From: Eledone cirrhosa | Lineage: Eukaryota | DNA length: 64,000 nucleotides | Assembly (NCBI GenBank): GCA_964016885.1 | Contig: OZ024754.1 | Span: forward strand, 32,116,001 to 32,180,000 | Direction of reading: 5' to 3' | In this document: piece by piece, positions 24,948 through 39,844 of the stretch | How the letters are laid out: the number at the start of each line of letters is the position of its first letter | Position numbering within the stretch: the stretch's first letter is position 1 | Position numbers and translations under genes: made by a program | Notes under the pieces: model-generated | Database searches by the model: none | What the model was told of the DNA's origin: nothing | What the model saw: only the letters and a program-made list of their open reading frames with translations

Positions 24948-25580
24948 GTCAGGTCACCAGTTGGTGCTACTGGTAACATGTATCCCAGTACAACCTGTCT
25001 CATGGTCGGGTCGTTGGCGACTAAACTGCCAACCCCACCAAGGTTTCTTGGTGAGGAGGGTGACTTTGGACATCCTGCAGGACTAAAAACAAAACCTGTC
25101 AAAAGGGCAAAGGAGCTCTTAAGAGTCAATGGTCATCCAAAATCACCGGGAGAGATGACCCCTTAGCCTTTGTCAAGGCAGAATTCTAGGAGAAGGAAAA
25201 CTCTGAAATAACACCTGCAACTCTGATGGTATTCAATGATGTTGACTTGTTCTTCTTTTTGGTAAATATCATCTTGGTTAAGAGAGTGGGACTGGCTTTG
25301 TGCAGTGCCTTTGCTCACTATAAAAGCTTCACGGCACAGGCATTGCTTCATATCTGGAGATCTCTCTGCACTTGTCGTCACATGGTACCATGGGCCCATG
25401 AGCCCAGCACTATGTGTCAATATTTGTCACAAGTGTAGTGTTTGTACCAGAGTTTTCAAGTCGCTGGCTGGACTAAAAAGTCACACTCGTTCAGCGCATC
25501 GGTAGGGGTTCTCCTACATGGATATAAAGTAGTGGCTTTACTCGAAAACGAGTTGGCAGCCACCATGTATGTATGTATGT
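24948..25580 (+). mobile_element. Internally deleted RTE/BovB-like retroposon in (TATG)n
   Basis: 5' region joined to a C-terminal zinc-finger remnant CSVCTRVFKSLAGLKSHTRSAHR and a 3' end gagttggcagccaccat(gtat)n; 3' fragment repeated at 54466-54637. Confidence 0.7.
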
Positions 25581-25797
25581 GTGTGTGTATGTTCAACCCT
25601 TAAACTTCGAGTTAGACATACATACAGCATGTTTCTCCACTTGTTAACCAGTATCACTAAATTACAGAATCACAGATTTCTAGAATAACAGAATACGATC
25701 ACAGATTGTCATCCTGTTTTTGTTGTTGTTTTTGTTGTTGTTATAACAAACACACAAAGACGAATGGAATATGAAATAGACCCGCCATTATATAGAC

Positions 25798-25877
25798 ACC
25801 ACGGCGACGACGACGACGGCCACCACCACTACTACTACTACCACCACCACCACCACCACCACCACCACCACCACTAT

Positions 25878-25922
<45 letters not shown>

Positions 25923-25995
25923 CACCACCACCACCACCACTACTACTACTACTACTTCTACTACTACTACTACCACCACTACCACCACCACCACA

Positions 25996-26044
<49 letters not shown>

Positions 26045-27062
26045 GTACCATCACTACTACTGCTACTACTACTAACACCACTACTACTACTACTAACACC
26101 ACTACTACTACTACCATCACCACCACTACTACTACTACTACGATCACCACTACTACTACTACTACCATCACCACCACTGTTGTTCCTTTAACAACAAAGA
26201 ATATTATTCAGAGCTGTTGCCACTACTATTACTACTACTACGACTACAACCATCACCACTACTGTCACCACCACCACTACCTACCACCACCACCACCACC
26301 ACCACCACCACCACCACCACCAACACCAACACCACCACTACCTACCACCACCAACACCACCTCCACCAACACCACCACCACCACCACCACCACCAACACC
26401 ACCACCACCAACACCACAACCACCAACACCACCACCACCACCACCACCACCACCACCACCGCCACCAACAATAACATCACCACCACCTCCATCACCAGCA
26501 CCACCACCACCACCATCACCACCTCCATCACCAACACCACCACCAACACCACCACCAACACCACCACCACCAACACCACCACCGCCTCCATCACCAACAC
26601 CACAACCACCAACACCACCACCACCACCACCACCACCACCACCACCACCATCACCATCACCACCACAACCACCACCACCACCACCACCACCACCAACACC
26701 ACCACCACCAACACCACCACCACCACCACCATCACCACCACTACCTACCACAACCACCACCACCACCACCACCATCACCACCACAACCACCAACACCACC
26801 GCCACCACCATCACCACCACCCACCCCCATCACCCCCACTATCACCAACACCACCACCAACACCACCACCTCCATCACCACCACCACCACCAACACCACC
26901 TCCACCACCACCAACACCACCTCCACCACCACCACCTCCATCACCACCACCACCAACACCACCTCCACCACCACCAACACCACCTCCACCACCACCACCT
27001 CCATCACCACCAGCACCACTACCACCTCCATCACCACCACCACCACCACCACCACCACCACC
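25798..27062. repeat. (CAC/TAC)n repeat region
   Basis: Direct reading. Confidence 0.9.
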
Positions 27063-27442
27063 AGAGGTTAACTTTGCCTTTCATCCTTACGGGGTCGATA
27101 AAATAAAGTACCAGTAATACACTGGGTTATTTGCTGGCCTTGAGCCTAAAGTAGAAACAATTATTCTCATTATTGTTGCTGCATCAACAGCAACAACCAT
27201 CATCATCACCATCATCATTACCACAAGCAGCAGCAGTAGTCGGAGATGCAACAATAACAACATCAATAGCCATAGAAACAGCAGTAACAATAGCAACATC
27301 GATATTAACAACAACAACAACAACCATAGCAACAACGACAAGAGCAGCAGGAGTCATTGAAAAGCCTGCTAGGTTGTTTCTTGATCTGCTAGAAATAGCA
27401 GTCAAATCTCTAACAAATCACACGCAAGCATATAAATGTATA

Positions 27443-27620
27443 TAATTGTTTCTACTTTAGGCACAAGGCCAGCAATTACCCAGTGGATTACTGGTACTTT
27501 ATTTTATCGACCCCATAAGGATGAAAGGCAAAGTCAACCTCGGCGGGATTTGAAATCAGATCGTAAAGGGACGTAGCTATGCTGGAAAGCATGGCGTTCG
27601 ACCCTCTACCGATACTGCCA
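27443..27620 (-). mobile_element. SINE (Nin/Deu-like)
   Basis: Near full-length match to 492-684. Confidence 0.85.
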
Positions 27621-27700
27621 TATAATAAAGACGACTATACTCTACCAATGTATTGAGTACCTTTTTTTAACAGTGGTTACCTCTCGACACAATTCGGGAA

Positions 27701-27770
<70 letters not shown>

Positions 27771-27773
<3 letters not shown>

Positions 27774-28330
27774 GGAAAAAAAATGAAACGAAATTTCATT
27801 TCCCACTCTTAGTACGGCTGTTACTTAAATATAAGTATGTATACGTACATACATATATGTATACAGACGTACAGTAGTATGTATATATATACATACATGC
27901 ACACATATATATATGTACGTATGGATTCACCGAACATTTATTATAATGCTCGGTTTGTTTGTAAACAAACATCCCGAATTAAGCCGTACAGTGTTTAGCA
28001 ACCATCGTTGCCCTTTTGTTCAACACTAGCAAAGGAACGATGTACTAGTTTCAAGCTTATTAGCTATCGTCAGCACCGTATACCTTCCTGCCAGGTGATT
28101 GAACGTCTGAAAGTATATACTTTCCTTGTGCATGTTAACGGCTGAGCAGCCCAATTTGCATATCGAGTGAGTTAATCGGCCGGGCGCACCGAAAACGATA
28201 AATGGAAAAAAATGAAACGAAATTTCATTTCTCACTCATCCATACGTACATATATATATGTGTGCATGTGTGTATACATACTACTGTACGTCTGTATACA
28301 TATATGTATGTACGTATACATACTTATATA
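27771..28330 (-). mobile_element. Family B element (HHR - 28038-28078) with short inverted arm
   Basis: Homologous to 1498-2231; terminus re-copied at 28200-28236, then inverted segment 28238-28330. Confidence 0.85.
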
Positions 28331-28500
28331 TATATATAACAGACACACACACACAAACACACACAGACAGACACAGACACACACATGCTCACACACACAG
28401 ACACACACACGCACACACACACAGACACACATGCACACGCATGCACATACACACAGACATATACACACACACACAAACACAAGCAAACAGCCCCATCCCG

Positions 28501-28579
<79 letters not shown>

Positions 28580-28581
<2 letters not shown>

Positions 28582-29141
28582 TTTCTGAATTTGTTTAGCA
28601 AGATTCTTTATCTGAAAACGTGTGTTGAAACCGATATTGTTATACTTTGGGAGGGTCATGTTGCCAATAAGAAACACACGCACCAGTTGCTTTCACTTCA
28701 ATTTATTATAATAAATTTATAAATTTAGGAATTTATAAATTTCCGGTTGGTTGGTTCCACAACCAGATGGATATATTGTCAAAGTTCTTTCGTCACACAT
28801 TCTGTGACCTCTTCAGTGACTGAGGATTCTTTTCTTTGTTTTTGTGCCTTTTCTTTTGTGCTGTCCTACGCCATCTTGTTTCTGTGTGTCTCACAGAAAC
28901 AAGATGGCGTAGGACAGAACAAAGGAGAGGCACAAAACAAAAGAAAAGAATCCCCAGTCACTGAAGAGGTCACAGAATGTGTGACGAAAGAACTTTGACA
29001 ATATATAAACAACCATCTGGTTGTGGAACCAACCAACCAACCAACCGGAAATTTCTAAATTTCTAAATTTATTATAATAAATTGAAGTGAAAGCAACTGG
29101 TGCGTGTCTTTCTTATTGGCAACATGACCCTCCCAAAGTAT

Positions 29142-29147
<6 letters not shown>
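28580..29147. mobile_element. Fold-back HHR element family F
   Basis: About 253-bp arms 28634-28886 / 28892-29147, 5-nt loop, tail 28580-28633; (TA)n flanks. Confidence 0.88.
28957..28999 (+). ncRNA. Minimal hammerhead ribozyme (family F); mirror copy at 28778-28820 (-)
   Basis: GTCA-CTGAAGA-G-GTCACA gaatg TGTGAC-GAA-AGAACT-T-TGAC. Confidence 0.7.
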
Positions 29148-29233
<86 letters not shown>

Positions 29234-29237
<4 letters not shown>

Positions 29238-30093
29238 TCATCATCATCATCGTTTAACGTCCATTTTCCACGCTAGCATGGGTTTGGATGGGAGTTTTCC
29301 CACTAGAGGCAAGATTGGTTGTCCTGCTCGTATAGGACCGTCTGGCGCTTTCTACGGCTGGATGCCCTTCCTAACACCAACCACGTTTACAGCGTGGACT
29401 GGGAGGTTTTTACCGTGTTACCTACACGGCCACATTACAGCGTGGACTGTGTTTTTTTGTTGTAACACCTACACGACCTCATTTGTTTCGGACTGGATGT
29501 TGTGGTACCAACATAACTTCTCATTCAAGGGGGTGGTGTGGATGGGGTGGGGGTAGTGGGACGGGGTGTATTTTTGTTAGAGGTGCCTACTGACTGTAGG
29601 TTTCGCTTTGTACTTAGGCAAGGCGGGTCTTCTGTATAATTGTGTAGCGCCAAAGATCTCGGTCCAGTGACATTGTCTTGGAAAGGTGTAAGTGTGTGAG
29701 GTCGGAATTTATCAAGTCGTCCCAGGTTTTTCTGAGTCTGCCTACTCCGTGGCTACCGTCTATTTTTATCGCCCTGCACTTTTTTATACAGCTGTCGTCT
29801 TTCATGCGCATCACGTGACCGTACCAATGTAGTCTTCTCTCAAGTAAACAACATCCGATCCCTCTTATTCCTAATTTCTCACTTAGTTCGTTTATGCTTT
29901 GCCGTTCACGTATATTACTACTATTACACATCCAGCGGAGCATGCAAGCCTCGTTTCTCTCCAGTCTGCGTAGATCCTCTGCACACAAGGCCCAAGTCTT
30001 ACTGCCATGTAACATTGCTGTTCGTATGCAGGCATCATACAGCCAGCCTTTCATTTTTAGAGAGAACCCTTTAGCGGCCAATAGTGGTATAAG
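29234..30093 (-). pseudogene. RTE-clade LINE 3' end (ORF C-terminus 29614-30081, 3' UTR, (GAT)n tail)
   Basis: [56 protein letters not shown] is a typical RTE C-terminus; ends ggacgttaaacgatgatgat. Confidence 0.9.
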
Positions 30094-30122
30094 CTATATA
30101 TATGTGTGTGTGTATATATATA

Positions 30123-30224
<102 letters not shown>

Positions 30225-30276
30225 CATATCTCTCTCTCTATATATATATATATAGAGAGAGAGAGACAGATACATA

Positions 30277-31290
<1,014 letters not shown>

Positions 31291-31379
31291 TATATATATA
31301 CATTTAATCATTAGTCTGGTTTCTAACTCAATAAACAATGCATTTATTGTCATTTAAAGTGTGTATGTATATTTTGGGA

Positions 31380-31411
<32 letters not shown>

Positions 31412-31418
<7 letters not shown>

Positions 31419-32285
31419 GGAGATACTGTGGACATGTGGAAGGTACAGTGGTGGACATGTGGGAGGTATTGTGGACATGTGGGAGGTATAGTGGACATGT
31501 GGGAGATACTGTGGGCATGTGGGAGGTACAGTGGATATGTGGGAGATACTGTAGACATGTGGGACGTACAATGGACATGTGGGAGATACTGTGGACATGT
31601 GGGAGGTACTGTGGACATGTGGGAGATACAGAGGGCATGCGGGAAACACTGTGGACATGTGGGAGGTACTGTGGGCATGTGGGGGACACATTGTACATGT
31701 GGGAGTTATAGTGGACATGTGTGGGATACTGTGGACATGTGGGAGGTACTGTGGGAATGTGGGGGACACAGCGGACATGTGGGAGTTATAGTGGACATGT
31801 GTGGGATACTGTGGACATGTGGGAGGTACAGTGGACATGTGGGAGATACTGTGGACATGTGGGACGTACAGTGGACATGTGGGAGTTATAGTGGACATGT
31901 GTGGGATACTGTGGACATGTGGGAGATACTGTGGGCATGTGGGGGACACATTGGACATGTGGGAGTTATAGTGGACATGTGTGGGATACTGTGGACATGT
32001 GGGAGGTACAGTGGACATGTGGGAGATACTGTGGACATGTGGGACGTACAGTGGACATGTGGGAGTTATAGTGGACATGTGTGGGATACTGTGGACATGT
32101 GGGAGGTGCAGTGGACATGTGGGACGTACAGTGGACATGTGGGAGTTATAGTGGACATGTGGGAGATACAGTGGACATGTGGGAGATACAGTGGACATGT
32201 GGGAGGTACAGTGGACATGTCGGAGATACAGTGGACATGTGGGAGATACTGTGGGCATGTGGGAGATACAATGGACATGTGGGAG
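31412..32285. repeat. 20-bp minisatellite, about 43 copies
   Basis: Unit gtggacatgtgggagatact with variants. Confidence 0.95.
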
Positions 32286-32384
32286 TCACTGCCTGCTTCA
32301 ACCTCCACTATTCCTATCACTACATTGAAAACCACCAATAAACATCTGACATAACCCCCCCCCCCCCCCCTCCGCCACGATGCT

Positions 32385-33955
32385 ACTACACCACCTAACA
32401 ACACTACCACCTCCACTCAGCCCTAATATATATATAACACACCACAACACCACCTAACAACACTACCACCTCCACTCGGCCCTAATATATATATAACACA
32501 CCACACCACCTAACAACACTATCACCTCCACTCAGCCCTAATATATATATAACACACCACAACACCTAACAACACTATGACCTCCACTCGGCCCTAATAT
32601 ATATATAACACACCACAACACCACCTAACAACACTACCACCTCCACTCAGCCCTAATATATATATAACACACCACACCACCTAACAACACTACCACCTCC
32701 ACTCGGCCCTAATATATATATAACACACCACAACACCACCTAACAACACTACCACCTCCACTCAGCCCTAATATATATATAACACACCACACCATCTAAC
32801 AACACTATCACCTCCACTCGGCCCTAATATATATATAACACACCACAACACCACCTAACAACACTACCACCTCCACTCAGCCCTAATATATATATAACAC
32901 ACCACACCACCTAACAACACTATCACCTCCACTCGGCCCTAATATATATATAACACACCACACCACCTAACAACACTATCACCTCCACTCGGCCCTAATA
33001 TATATATAACACACCACACCACCTAACAACACTACCACCTCCACTCAGCCCTAATATATATATAACACACCACAACACCACCTAACAACACTATCACCTC
33101 CACTCGGCCCTAATATATATATAACACACCACAACACCTAACAACACTACCACCTCCACTCGGCCCTAACATATATATAACATACCACAACACCTAACAA
33201 CACTACCACCTCCACTCAGCCCTAATATATATATAACTCACCACACCACCTAACAACACTATCACCTCCACTCGGCCCTAATATATATATAACACACCAC
33301 ACCACCTAACAACACTATCACCTCCACTCGGCCCTAATATATATATAACATACCACAACACCTAACAACACTACCACCTCCACTCGGCCTTAATATATAT
33401 ATAACACACCACACCACCTAACACCACTATCACCTCCACTCAGCCCTAATATATATATAACACACCACACCACCTAACAACACTACCACCTCCACTCAGC
33501 CCTAATATATATATAACACACCACACCACCTAACAACACTACCACCTCCACTCGGCCCTAATATATATATAACATACCACAACACCTAACAACACTACCA
33601 CCTCCACTCAGCCCTAATATATATATAACACACCACACCACCTAACAACACTATCACCTCCACTCGGCCCTAATATATATATAACACACCACAACACCTA
33701 ACAACACTACCACCTCCACTCGGCCCTAATATATATATATAACACCACAACACCTAACAACACTACCACCTCCACTCGGCCCTAACATATATATAACACA
33801 CCACAACACCTAACAACACTACCACCTCCACTCGGCCCTAACATATATATAACACACCACAACACCACCTAACAACACTACCACCTCCACTCGGCCCTAA
33901 TATATATATAACACACCACACCACCTAACAACACTATCACCTCCACTCAGCCCTG
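32385..33955. repeat. 59-62-bp minisatellite, about 26 copies
   Basis: Unit acaccacctaacaacactaccacctccactcggccctaatatatatataacacaccac. Confidence 0.95.
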
Positions 33956-34028
33956 ACTAATATATACAAGAGCTTTTAATACCATTTTAACGACATTGAC
34001 TCTCTCTCATTCAACCCCACAACATCCC

Positions 34029-34330
34029 CAGAAGCATAACTAGGGAAAATAGCGCCTATGGCAAGCAGTGAAATTGCGTCCCTGCCCAGCATTGTATTTT
34101 TACCTATGGCCCTAATAATTTATATAAATGGTTTAAGGATCCAGCCACCATAATAGTTCTCACCCATGATAATCAGAGACAGATCATACATCTGAAGGAG
34201 TTTTTTTTTTTATCACACTCCGGCGAGGCTTATTTGACTTTAATAGAACGTGCTCCTAGTCCAAGTGGCGCCCTCTTCATGTGTCATCCATAGCACGTGC
34301 CATGCTTGCCATACCCTAGTTACGCCTCTG
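34029..34330. mobile_element. PIF/Harbinger-like MITE
   Basis: TIR cagaagcataactaggg / ccctagttacgcctctg; subterminal atggcaagca / tgcttgccat. Confidence 0.65.
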
Positions 34331-34712
34331 AACACCCCCACAACACTCGCACCTCCAAACTCTTGGTTCTGCGACAAAAAAACTGCTTATTTTAAAGTGT
34401 TTAAATGTATCTAAAGATATTCCATCATAATTTTATGTAAGAACATTTGTTAACTTTTGTTCTAAGCATCAGCTTAATAAGAAAGTTATGTTATTAAATC
34501 CCAGCAAATTTTCCATTATTTTCAAAATTATTTGAAAATCAGAGGCAATAACAAAAATCTTAATATTAAAATAAGTGGATGTCTTTGTAAATGAGAGGTG
34601 TCGATCTCTTTCGAGGGAGCTTCTATGTTGACACAAGTACTGATAAGAATAGCCGCCAAATCTACCTCAAATCGTCTTAAAAACAGGAAAGACACATTTG
34701 GATATCCTAAGT

Positions 34713-35043
34713 TAGAGTTTCTGAAACTTTTGGGGCCACCGCCCCCCTCACGGCCACGTTATACCCTCAGCGCCCCACCCCTATTTCCAGAGGGACCTGC
34801 CTACACGCAAATTGTAAATAATTAAAATCGTTAATTAATATACTTAATAAATAATATAATATATACTATGTATAAATATCATATATTTTTTATTTTACTA
34901 TATATATATAAAATGTATGATTTGATATTTAATATACTAGTATATCATCTCTACCACCCCCTTAGGCCTCAGTGCCCACCGGGACCTTCTCAATGCCCCC
35001 CCCCCCCCCCAGGGTGCGGTAGTACCCACTTTCAGAACCTCTG
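34713..35043. mobile_element. hAT MITE nested in a SINE-like repeat
   Basis: TIR tagagtttctgaaact / actttcagaacctctg; 8-bp TSD tcctaagt / tccaaagt. Confidence 0.7.
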
Positions 35044-35946
35044 TCCAAAGTCCAAATCACAATATGCATTGGAAAAAAAAAAAAAAAAAATCAAAAGATG
35101 TAATGTTTACGGCTAGAATGGCATCCTTTTAACCATAGGCCTGCTCCGTCGTGGTCGATATGGAGTTAAATAACAACAATAACATCAACAGTAGCAGCAA
35201 TTATTAAAATCTTCAAATAGTATTTCATAAATTACTTGGTGCTAGGAATATTTAAGAGACAATTCTTCGATTAATTGACGAATTAATAAATTTATTTATT
35301 CATTTATTCCGAAATCTTTTGCCTGGTTAAGGAACCTAATCCCAGCTCAGGCAATATTTCCCAGTGATCTCTCCGGTACATATTTCCTATAGAGCTCAAC
35401 CGCAACAACATTAGATATAGAACTGCCGGCATATCTAGGACGGCACTATTGATATACACACACATCTCTTCTCTACCCATATCGCTCACTCACCAGAACA
35501 ACTACTACTACAGTCTCTGTTCTTTGGAACTAGCCAGCCAACTAGCTAGATACCATCCTCCACCCACTATACACCCGTCTCTAATTCCTCTTCCTGATTC
35601 TTCCATCTTCCACTCACCCCCTATATCGCACACTACACTTTGACCACACTAAACACGAGGCTCTTACGTGGCAGTTCGATCTGCTTAGAATTGGCAGTCA
35701 AATCTCCCTCAAATCATGTTCGATAACGTCGTCCTGTGTTCCCTGTACATAGCAAAACATGGTGGTCATGGACAGGACTTGAACATCGAAAATAAAAGAT
35801 ACTAGTTTAATACTGCAAAATGTTTGTTTCCTACTTTACTGAGTCAACCGTGGTGGATGGTACAGAGTACCAAACAGAAAGTATTGCGGTGTTTTCTTGC
35901 CCCCTTTTTACGTTCCCAATTCAAATTTCAACCGGGATGGGATATC

Positions 35947-36134
35947 TACGAGGATTGGCTGAAAAGTTCATAGGCTGATCAAGATACTCTCATGGAATGA
36001 TCAAATAAGGTTTATTTTTCAACATAGTCCCTAGAAAGAAACAATGCAGTTATTAATAAGAAGAGTTGAAATTAATGCGTGCAAGATTTTACTCTTTCAT
36101 AGTCAGCCTGTGAACTTTTCAGTCGACCCTCGAA
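35947..36134. mobile_element. Mariner-like MITE
   Basis: TIR (ta)cgaggattggctgaaaagttcataggctga / tcagcctgtgaacttttcagtcgaccctcg; homologous to 38792-39136. Confidence 0.75.
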
Positions 36135-36201
36135 TTTTACTATTTCACTCTTTTGGAGTCGATAAAATAAAATACCTGTTGTTGTTGTTAGGAGTTTGCG
36201 C

Positions 36202-37215
36202 CTAGATCAGTCACGATTGAGTTAAATCTCTGATCAAAGGCATGCACTAGATCAGTCACAATTGAGTTAAATCTCTGATCAAAGGTATTCACTAGATCAG
36301 TCACAATTGAGTTAAATCTCTGATCAAAGGCATGCACTAGATCAGTCACAATTGAGTTAAATCTCTGATCAAAGGTATTCACTAGATCAGTCACAATTGA
36401 GTTAAATCTCTGATCAAAGGCATGCACTAGATCAGTCACAATTGAGTTAAATCTCTGATCAAAGGTATTCACTAGATCAGTCACAATTGAGTTAAATCTC
36501 TGATCAAAAGTATTCACTAGATCAGTCACAACTGAGTTAAATCTCTGATCAAAGGTATTCACTAGATCACTCACAACTGAGTTAAATCTCTGATCAAAGG
36601 TATTCACTAGATCACTGACAACTGAGTTAAATCTCTGATCAAAGGTATTCACTAGATCAGTCACAACTGAGTTAAATCTCTGATCAAAGGTATTCACTAG
36701 ATCAGTCACAACTGAGTTAAATCTCTGATCAAAGGTATTCACTAGATCACTCACAACTGAGTTAAATCTCTGATCAAAGGTATTCACTAGATCAGTCACA
36801 ACTGAGTTAAATCTCTGATCAAAGGTATTCACTAGATCACTCACAACTGAGTTAAATCTCTGATCAAAGGTATTCACTAGATCACTCACAACTGAGTTAA
36901 ATCTCTGATCAAAGGTATTCACTAGATCACTCACAACTGAGTTAAATCTCTGATCAAAGGTATTCACTAGATCACTCACAACTGAGTTAAATCTCTGATC
37001 AAAGGTATTCACTAGATCACTCACAACTGAGTTAAATCTCTGATCAAAGGTATTCACTAGATCACTCACAACTGAGTTAAATCTCTGATCAAAGGTATTC
37101 ACTAGATCAGTCACAACTGAGTTAAATCTCTGATCAAAGGTATTCACTAGATCAGTCACAACTGAGTTAAATCTCTGATCAAAGGTATTCACTAGATCAC
37201 TCACAACTGAGTTAA
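36202..37215. repeat. 45-bp minisatellite, about 22 copies
   Basis: Unit ctagatcagtcacaactgagttaaatctctgatcaaaggtattca. Confidence 0.95.
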
Positions 37216-37544
37216 ACTTCTTTCCTTACTAGTCAGAAGTGGTACTAGGAGGTATGAGAAGGGTTAACGTCTTTGTGTGTGTGTGTGTGTGCGTTTTTCC
37301 TTTTTTTAAATTCAATATTGTATTTATTGATTTACTTATTTTATTTTATATATTTATTTATTTTTATTATTTAATATATGTGTCTGGCACAACGTATGTG
37401 TATACATATACAAATGCAGGTATAATTGTATGATGGGTATTGTGTTGTTATGCAAAGGGTATTTTGTGTGTGTTTTAACTCTTGCATACATACATGCACA
37501 CACAAACAGACAAACACATTGCAAATCAAACATGGACCACCCAC

Positions 37545-37589
37545 CTTCCCAAACTCGGTATACAGAACCGGTTCGCAGTATAGTATCAG
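37545..37589 (-). CDS. Candidate 45-nt internal exon of an unknown host gene
   Basis: Minus strand tttttctgtgtgcattttcag|CTGATACT...TTTGGGAAG|gtgggt; open in two frames; no homology recognised. Confidence 0.3.
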
Positions 37590-38254
37590 CTGAAAATGCA
37601 CACAGAAAAACAGTTACATACAGACAACTGCATATCTACCTCGTCAGCTACCTGCTGGCGTGCAATTTCGTGCATGAAGGTAGTATTGCACAATTTTCTC
37701 AACAGATTGGAGAAATGCTCCGTTGGTAACAAAGTGAGATGATAACAAAGAATGATGACAGGAAAATATACGGGTCTCCTATGGCAAAAACAGAGATGAA
37801 TACATAAAAACATTACGACCAGAAATAGACAGCAGCCATTGTAAAATGTGAAACAAGTTAACGCTGGAAAATTGGAAAAAATTTAGACATTCGTCAAAGG
37901 AATATGGTTAGTTGGCGGAGCCTAACAAAAGGAATTTCTGTTATCTACCGATTCTAAGGGATGGAATAAGAGGAGGAAGAAGACGAGAGAATGATAGTAA
38001 GAAGAACAAGAAGAAAGTGGATAAGGGGAAAAGAAAGTGAGTGGGTGAGATATCGAGAGAACAGAAGTTAATGTCACACAAGTAAAATCATGGTAGTTTG
38101 TCGTCAGAAAACATGTAATGTTATATACTTATAAACAGAGTATCAGCAGAGAATGCACGCAGAAAGCAGTTACGTAAGACGAATATATATATGTGTGTGT
38201 ATGTGTGTGTATGTATACACAAAGTTGTATCTGTATAAATACTTATACATACCT

Positions 38255-38352
<98 letters not shown>

Positions 38353-38518
38353 GCAACGTTATATTTGTATAAATACAGAGTGTGTAACCGAGACTGCACG
38401 AGCATGTATAAATATATACAAACATCTAATATGTAGGCATTTTATATATTACTCTTTTACCTGTTCCAGCCATCCGGCTGAGGCCATGCTGGGGCTACAT
38501 ATATATTATATATGTGTG

Positions 38519-38551
<33 letters not shown>

Positions 38552-38791
38552 GGGGGGGGAGATTAAGATATTGAAGATTTCGTTAGTTCGACAGTTTCAA
38601 ATAGACCAAAAACAGAAATTTTACATAATTTACATAAGTTTATAGGCATCATTATTCTCAATAAAGATGGCTTCCCTCTGTATATTTTTATGTTCTTCCA
38701 ATTTGTCTCCTGGTACGAAAAGTATTTGTCATGACCTCAGCCATGTTTTATGCTCGTATAGATACTGGCTTGTTCCCCCATGTTCAAAACC

Positions 38792-39136
38792 CGAGGGTCG
38801 ACTGCGAAAAGTTCATAGACTGACTACGAAGGAATGATGCTAAAGCTGTGAAATCTTGCGTGCATTAATTTCAACACTTTTTATTAATAACTGCATTGTT
38901 TCTTTCCGGGGACTATGTTGAAAAATAAACCTCATTTGGTCATTCCTTGAAAGTATGTTGGTCAGCCTATGAAGGAGTGAAGCTAGAGCTGTGGAATCTT
39001 GCATGCATTAATTTCAACTGTTTTTATCAATAACTGCATTGTTTCTTTCCAGGGACTATGTTGAAAAATATTCTTCATTTGGTCATTCCATGAGAGTATC
39101 TTGGTCAGCCTATGAACTATGCAGCCGACCGTCGTA
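38792..39136. mobile_element. Mariner-like MITE with internal tandem duplication
   Basis: TIR cgagggtcgactgcgaaaagttcatag / ctatgaactatgcagccgaccgtcg(ta); ~140-bp internal segment duplicated. Confidence 0.75.
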
Positions 39137-39204
39137 TATAGCACAGTAATGGCTTCAGTGAGAGGAGGGAGGCTGGTACACATGGCAGGCTTGCAAGACC
39201 TAAT

Positions 39205-39650
39205 TAGGCAGAATCGGTAGAAAGTCGGACAAAAATGCTTTGCGTATTTGATTGCGACTTTTATGTTCTGAGTTCAAATCTCGTTGAGTAAGTCAACTTT
39301 GTCTTTCACAGTTCTGGGATCGATAAAATAAAATAGCAGTCAAGTACGGGAGTGGGGAAGATTTAATCGACTCCTCCCCCCCAAACTGCTAGCCTTGTGC
39401 CTCAATTAGAAACCATTGGGGGCGGTGAATTGGCAGAATCGTTAGAGCGTCAGTCAAGATGTTTTGCGGCGTCTGTTCCAGCGCTTTACGTTCTGAGTTC
39501 AAATCATGCAGAGGTCAATTTTGCTTTTCATCCTTGGGGAGGGGTGGGGTAGGGTGGGGTAGATAAAATAGTATACCAGTTAAGTACTGGGGGTCGATTT
39601 AATTGATTAATAAATCATCCCCATATTGCTTGCCTTGTGACTATGCAATA
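39205..39650 (+). mobile_element. Two older head-to-tail SINE copies (39205-39415, 39419-39650)
   Basis: GGCAGAATCG A box, GAGTTCAAATC B box, degenerate core. Confidence 0.75.
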
Positions 39651-39844
39651 CAATTCTAACAACAGCAATAACAACAACAACAACAACAACAATAACACCA
39701 CCGGTAATACAATACTAACAACAGCAACAGTAATATAACAACAGTAATACAACAACAAAAGCAATACAAAATGAGTACTACAAAGATAACAACAGCAACA
39801 ATAACAACAATAACAGCAGCAATAATTAAAGCAATACACGACTC

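Noticed and set aside
25305-25505. Host C2H2 zinc-finger gene
   Set aside because: Single finger at the 3' end of a repeated RTE-like element, also present at 54466-54637
28634-29147. All palindromes being sequencing fold-back artefacts
   Set aside because: Arms in several copies differ by substitutions and indels (here, 10650-10910, 12045-12400, 23543-23745), and ends recur at the same element positions in independent copies
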